Shown here piece after piece: positions 58,069 through 64,000 of a stretch of 64,000 bases of DNA. The translations under genes and the position numbers were made by a program. Within the stretch, counting starts at the first letter, position 1. Each line of letters starts with the position of its first letter. The notes under the pieces are model-generated. The model was not told where the DNA came from, searched no databases, and was given only the letters and a program-made list of their open reading frames with translations. The stretch spans positions 62,001 to 126,000 of the forward strand of contig JAIVFI010000019.1 in NCBI GenBank assembly GCA_025558095.1, read 5' to 3'. The stretch is from Hyaloraphidium curvatum SAG 235-1 (Eukaryota; Fungi; Monoblepharomycota).

Positions 58069-58277
58069 ATGGAGCATGATTACTCGTTCTTGCCCGACGA
58101 TAAGCCGATCCCTGGAATGTGTTGGTGTTGCAGGACGGTCAGCGAGGACGAGAAGACGGAACTGCAGCGGTGCGGAGCTTGCAAGTATGTCCCTAGCTAG
58201 TCACTGATCTCGCCTCGTGGCGCAGGGTTGCCGGCTACTGCTCGGCTCGCGGGACTCAAGAAAAGCTGATGAGATAG
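58069..58277 (+). pseudogene. Truncated MYND-type zinc finger relic
   Basis: MCWCCRT..ELQRCGACK|VAGYCS (intron 58185-58225), then an early stop; second half of the MYND motif is absent. Confidence 0.55.
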
Positions 58278-58471
58278 ATCGAATCCAAATGTTCATCACG
58301 GTGCCGAAGCGGCTTCCGAAGCTTCCGCAACTTTGTGCAGCGGAAACGAGGAGCAAGACAGATTTGCCTTCACCTCCGGAGCAGGCTGCCTTGCCCCCGC
58401 CACACTTCCGCTGTCGCCCAGCAGCTCCTTTCCCCGCCAATCGCCAATCCCGACCGGCAAACCGTGCAGCG

Positions 58472-60233
58472 ATGGCCACCGATGACGACTACCACGACTC
58501 GGGCATCCGCCCCGCCTCCTCGCTGCGCTCGTGGCACGCCGTCCCCGCCTCATCGGACTTCCCCATCCAGAACGTCCCGTGGGGCGTCGGCACCTTCCCC
58601 GACGGCGCGAAGCACATCTGCACGCGCATCGGCGACACGGTGCTCTCCATGCGTCTGCTGACGGCCTCGGAGTCGCCGGCGAACCCGTTCCGCGGGCACG
58701 CGGACCTCGTCGCCGCGTTCGCGGGCGACGCGCTCAACGCGTTCATGGGGCTCGGCAAGGCAAAGTGGAGGCAGGCGAGGCAGATTGTTCAGGACCTGCT
58801 GAAGGAGGGCGCGTCGGCCGAGGTCCAGGCGTACGTCAAGGCTTGCGGCGTGGACGCAAAGGACGTCAAGATGGGGCTGCCCTGCGTGATTGGAGACTAC
58901 ACGGTGAGGTTCGGCGAGCTTTCTGGCCTTCTGGGGCCCACATCGGCTACGTGGATGTCTTGCACGGCCTTGAGTGACAAGTTGGCGGGCCTCGGAGGGA
59001 GTCGTTGGTGGTCACTAGCATCCTTCTGATCCTCGCCCCTTCCTCAACCATTCAGGACTTCTACGCCTCGAAGGAGCACGCCACGAACGCCGGTATCATC
59101 CTGCGCGGCAAAGACAACGCCCTCCAGCCCAACTGGTACCTTTTGATCCTCCGCACTTGCCGACACCCGCTCACCGTTCTCCGATCGCCAGGCTCCACAT
59201 CCCCGTCGCTTACCACGGCCGTTCCTCCTCCGTTGTCCCCTCGGGCACCCCCATCGTCCGGCCCCGCGGGCAGGTCAAGGGCCCCGAGGGCGTCAAGGTC
59301 GTCAAGTGCGAGAAGTTCGACTACGAGCTCGAGATGGTCGGTCTCTGCCCCTTTTGTCGGCCTGAACCGGAACTGACCATCCTATTGGCCTGCTGGACAG
59401 GCCTATCTGATTGGCGGCCCCGCCAACGAGCTCGGCGCCCCCCTCCCCGTCGCCACGGCGGCCGAGAACGTCTTCGGCCTCGTGATCCTGAACGACTGGA
59501 GCGCGAGGGACATCCAGGCGTGGGAGTACGTCCCGCTGGGCCCGTTCCTGGGCAAGAACTTTGGTGGGCTCCGCGTGCTGGCTGTCAGCGGCTGAGAAGG
59601 GCTGACGGGTCGTGCAGGGTCGACGATCAGCTGCTGGGTAGTCAGCGAGGCGGCGCTCGAGCCGTGGCTGGTGCCTATGGCGGAGCCTGAGGTGCCGGTG
59701 AGAACGATCTGGACGGAACTTGGTGGGCTTTCTGCTAAGCACTGTTCTAGGTCCAAAAGTACCTCGACGGCGGTCCCGAGACCAGGAAGATGTGGGACGT
59801 CAAGGTCGAATGCCTCATGAAAGGTGATTGGCAGCTCAGTGGCTCATTGCCTCCTGATCGTCTGACTAGATTGGTCATTACAGCCGACGGCGCCTCCGAG
59901 CTCACCCCTCTGACCCACACCTCCCTCCGGCACCTCTACTGGTCACCCGCCCAGTTCCTCGCGCACCACACCGTCAACGGCTGCCCGCTGCGCCCCGGCG
60001 ACCTCCTGGGGACCGGCACCATCTCGGCGCCCTCGCAGTCGCCACTGTCGTTCGGATCGCTCCTGGAAAAGAGCTGGAACGGGACCAAGCCGTTCCCCGT
60101 CGCCGGCGGCGGCGAGAGGACCTGGCTCAAGGACGGGGACGAGGTGGTGATGCGGGCGTGGTGCGAGGGCGACGGGTACAGGGTGGGCTTCGGGGAGTGC
60201 GCGGGCGTGGTGAAGCCGGCCCTGGACCTTTGA
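58472..60233 (+). CDS. FAH: Fumarylacetoacetase, multi-exon
   Basis: [16 protein letters not shown]|[79 protein letters not shown]. Confidence 0.96.
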
Positions 60234-60421
60234 GCTGCCGTCCAATGAAAAAGTGAACGAGTAGAGCAACAGGAGGTACGCCCTTCTATCGAGGCGAGCA
60301 GCATGCAGCAGCAGCGCAGCTAGCAAGCGCCTCCGAGCTGATGGATTGAGTGACAACAAAACTACAAACGGTCCCAGGCACTTCAGTTCCCGCCGAATCG
60401 GAGCCTGTAGCCGGGAAAGCA

Positions 60422-61309
60422 ATGACCAACGATACCGAGACCGCGATGGACATTGAGGTCCCGGCGGGGAGCGGCTCGACCGGAGCCCACGAGCCCCCTG
60501 CTGCCGAGTCTTCCGCTGCTGCCCCTACCGGCGAAGCGGGGAAAGGCCCCGAGCCGCCCGCCAAGAAGCGGCGCACCGAGAACGGCGGATCGGCGGACGG
60601 AGCGAGTGCGCCCGCGGACGGGGCAGCCGGCCCCAACCCGCGCCGCCGCGGCTCCCCGCCGCCGTGGCCGCCCGCGGCGCTGCGGCCCGACATCGAGCTG
60701 TTCGGCTGGGCGCCCGACCCCGCGCTGCCGTTCGACGACAACCTCGTGACGCTGTCGCTGCTCGTGTGTCGCTCCTCGCTCTCGCGCCGCGGCCACATGG
60801 GCGCGATCGTGGTGCGCCCGCCCGCGGAGACCAGCCCTGGCCACGCGCCGCCCGACATCCTGGTCATGGCAAACAACGTGCCGGTCTACCCGCCGGCAAA
60901 CAACAAGAAGGGCCAGAGCGCGGTCGAGATCCACGCCGAGGCGAACGCCGTCGCCCTGTGCGCCCAGCGCGGGATCGGCACACAGGGCGCGTGGATCTAC
61001 ATCTCGTTCCCGCCGTGCAAGGACTGCTTCATGTCGGTGCTCTACGCGGGCATCAAGCGCGTCGTGTTCCGGAACAGGATGATGCACGAGGACGTCAAGG
61101 CCACGGCAAAGGCCTGGGGCGTCGAGCTCGTCGAGTTTGACCGGGAACGGGACATGGCCTGCAACCAGCTGTCGCGGGAGATCGCAAACAAGTGGAAGGA
61201 AGAAAGGAACGTGGCGACGGGCGGCCAGCAGGAGGGGGCCGGTGCGGAGGCGGCCGAAGAAGCCGACGCGGACGCCGCAGGGCAGGAAGCGAATGGGGAG
61301 GCACCCTGA
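60422..61309 (+). CDS. Zn-dependent cytidine/dCMP deaminase-family protein, intronless
   Basis: HAEANAV and FPPCKDC motifs, MGAIVV, AGIKRVVF; NLS-like PPAKKRR. Confidence 0.85.
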   Translation: MTNDTETAMDIEVPAGSGSTGAHEPPAAESSAAAPTGEAGKGPEPPAKKRRTENGGSADGASAPADGAAGPNPRRRGSPPPWPPAALRPDIELFGWAPDPALPFDDNLVTLSLLVCRSSLSRRGHMGAIVVRPPAETSPGHAPPDILVMANNVPVYPPANNKKGQSAVEIHAEANAVALCAQRGIGTQGAWIYISFPPCKDCFMSVLYAGIKRVVFRNRMMHEDVKATAKAWGVELVEFDRERDMACNQLSREIANKWKEERNVATGGQQEGAGAEAAEEADADAAGQEANGEAP

Positions 61310-61860
61310 CCGGGTGTTTGCCCTCGAGTACTATCCGTTTCTGTTGTAACCGCTCCTGCTAAAGGGTAGCGCAGCGATTTTCCGGCCGCACGAAGAGAGT
61401 GACGACGCAACCAAGCATCCGCTCCGATCAGATCTCTATCACAGGCGCTGAGCGCCCCCCAACCCCGATACATCACGTCACGCCATATACATTGAATTCG
61501 GGGAAGAGGGGAGGGGTTAGATGTCCGCCGAGCTGCCGGGTACAGGCTTCCTTGAACCTGTTCATAAGCTGTTGGCAACCCAGTACGCGCCCCCGCTGAA
61601 CAACGGCGCGCAGACGGCCGGTCTGGCGGGCCATGAGACCATCGACATCCCAGTCTTTGCCGTCGGATTTGGTGCGCGGGGGAGAGATCTCTCGAGACCA
61701 AACACGGAGTTGTTCGTCCGCCGCGTCGTGCAGGCGGCCGAAGGTCGAGACCGCAAACCAAACGAGGTTGTGCACGGGGGGATCGGGAACGTAGAACGAT
61801 CACGCCGCGGCGGGAACGACCAATTCATCCGCCCCTGTCTCCCCCGTCCCCCGCCCCACG

Positions 61861-63899
61861 ATGGCCGGCCTCGTCGACGCCGTGTTCTCCAACCCGCTCG
61901 TCCTGCTCTTCCTCTCGGCCTGCGTCGGGCTCGGGCTCCTCCTCGCCATCCTGGCGATCCAGTTCCCGGACCGCGCCATCTTCACCAAGAAGCGCAACGA
62001 CGTCGTCCTCGCCAAGGGCGGGAAGCCCATCGTCGGCCACCTCTACGACGCAAAGTCGCTCGCCAACATTAACCGGAGGCTCGAGTACGAGCTCGAGCGG
62101 ATCAAGGAATACGGCCTCGTTCGGAGGGTCACCGTCTGGCCCATCTTCAAGCCTTCGCTCGATGTCATAATCAGCAACAACCCGGCGGACATTACGCACA
62201 TCCACTCGGACCCGTACCTGTGGGTCAAGGACGCCGAAAGCGACAACACTTTCGAGCCGCTGCTCGGGGAGGGCATTTTCAACTCGGACGGGTGGGGAAC
62301 CAGCTTGCCTTTCGACGCGAGCCGTGTGCTTAGGTCATATACCCTTCTTTGCAGCCACGCGTGGTCGGCTTCGCGGAAAATCGCGTCGAAGCTCTGTGGG
62401 TTGCCCGTCCGGCGCCGCCGCGCGAGGCCTCGGGGCCCCGCTCACTCCAAACCCCGCAGTCACCCTCAAGGGCTTCCGCGACTACTTTTCCGGCGACTTC
62501 ATCAACGAATGCGATCACCTGTCGGAGCATCTGCGCGCCGCCGCCGATGCCGGCGCCGTCGTCGACCTCCAGGACCTCCTGCTCCGTTGCACCCTCGATT
62601 CGTTCACCCGCCTCGCGCTGGGCAAGGACCCGAAGTCCCTCTATGGCAAACCCATCATCAAGGACGGCCGGTACTCGCTGCCGCCATCTGAGTTCATGAA
62701 CGCTTTTGATCAGCTCATCCTGCTGTGCTCGATGCGCGGCGCGGACCCCCTGTGGCGCTGGACGGAGCACCTGAACGGGAGGCGCAAGCAGGTCGAGCAC
62801 TGCGTCAAGATCGTGGACGGCTTCGCGTACCAGGTGATGAAGGAGAAGAGGGCGGCGCTCGAGAAGCGGGGGGAGAAGAAGGAGGGCAGCTCGCCGGACG
62901 ACGACCGTATGGACCTTTTAGATTTCTTCCTCTCCGCCCGCAACGACGATGGCTCGCCGCTGACGGACCGTCAGCTGAGGGATGCTGTCTTGTGAGTTGG
63001 CTCTCGCGTGCGAGAAACGGTCAATCTTGACCCACCCAACCGCAGGAACTTCCTGATCGCCGGGAGGGACACCACCGCGCAGACGCTTAGCTGGTGCTTT
63101 TGGGAAATTGCGCAGCGCCCCGACGTCGAGGCCAAGCTTCGCGAGGAAGCCATGCGCGTGCTCGGCAAGGACGGCAAGACGACCTACGAGACGCTCAAGG
63201 ACCTGCCCTACGCCTACTCGGTCTTCAACGAGACGCTGAGGCTGCACGCCAACGTGCCCGCGCAGGGCAAGACGGCCACGGCGGACACGGTGCTTCCGGG
63301 GTCGGGGATCAAGATCGACAAGGGGATGATCGTGGGGTGGAACAACTGGGCGATGGGGCGCCTGACCGAGGTCTGGGGCCCGGATGCGGAAGGCAAGTCG
63401 AGCGTTGCGACTCTAGTTGAAGACAACGCTGACTTTGGAACGCAGAATTCAAGCCCGAGAGGTGGATGCTCGAGGAGGGCGGCGTCATGAAGCAGAACTC
63501 GCGCGTCAAACACTACGTCTTCAACGGCGGCCCGAGGCTCTGCCTCGGCATCAACTTTGCGCAGCAAGAGGCCACTGGTGAGCGGAAGCGGGATGATTGC
63601 CGTCTTTGGCTAACTGGTTGGCAGTCTTCCTTTCCACTCTCATTCGCCGTTTCAAGCTGACCCTCGTGAACGAGGACGATCCCACCAAATGTGTGCTTTT
63701 CGTACATTTCCTCTGCCGCGGGCTCACGAGTCTTTATAGGGGGCAACTGGAACGAGGACCCGGCCAAGCGCGACGGCCGATACACTCTTGGCGTGTGAGT
63801 GGTTTCGCTTGCGGTCCTGGGCGCTTTTCCCTGATCGCCGGGATCTCCAGGACGCTTGGACTTCGCGGAACGGTCGATTTCGCAGTGCAGACGTTGTGA
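61861..63899 (+). CDS. Cytochrome P450 (fatty-acid omega-hydroxylase-like, CYP86/704/52-type), multi-exon
   Basis: N-terminal TM, LLGEGIFNSDG, LIAGRDTTAQ (I-helix), ETLR, FKPERW, FNGGPRLCLG heme ligand. Confidence 0.95.
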
Positions 63900-64000
63900 G
63901 TTGTATTTGGATTCAAGAAGTTGTCTTCTGTGCCACGCTGGCATCCAAAGGCCGTTCTCGTCCGAAGATTGGAGCCTTACAAGCAATCCGGAGGAGCACT

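Noticed and set aside
1-64000. Many long overlapping or antisense ORFs (e.g. 464-1849, 4321-5865, 10393-12210, 35992-37551, 44900-46867, 54128-56734)
   Set aside because: Shadow frames of real genes caused by high GC3; Arg/Pro/Gly-rich with no motifs.
1-64000. tRNA/rRNA genes or autonomous transposons
   Set aside because: No recognisable RNA gene, transposase, RT or integrase motifs by eye; tRNAscan and Infernal were not run.

Overview
This is GC-rich eukaryotic DNA, not prokaryotic. Genes are densely packed and split by short (~50-65 nt) GT-AG and occasional GC-AG introns with CTRAC/CTRAT-type branch points, so most entries in the ORF track are fragments or shadow frames. The gene content looks fungal (lactose-permease-like MFS, GAL7, PSD2, CBM21 PP1 subunit, FAH, CYP); an early-diverging GC-rich lineage such as Monoblepharidomycetes is my inference only. 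I could reconstruct about 27 genes and several gene relics by hand. Highlights: (1) a lactose/galactose cluster with a GH2 beta-galactosidase divergent from a lactose-permease-like transporter, followed directly by GAL7, plus an intronless bacterial-type galactokinase 19 kb downstream; (2) a birth-and-death cluster of 7-TM proteins (3 intact, 2 relics) with the topology and TM7 pattern of insect gustatory/odorant-receptor-like ion channels and a novel Cys motif; (3) a large secreted SUEL-lectin protein with a toxin-like helical/hydrophobic-hairpin C-terminal half; (4) a hemerythrin-like protein ending in a CaaX box and a type I membrane protein with ZP-like architecture. All family calls come from motif recognition by eye; no database searches were run.
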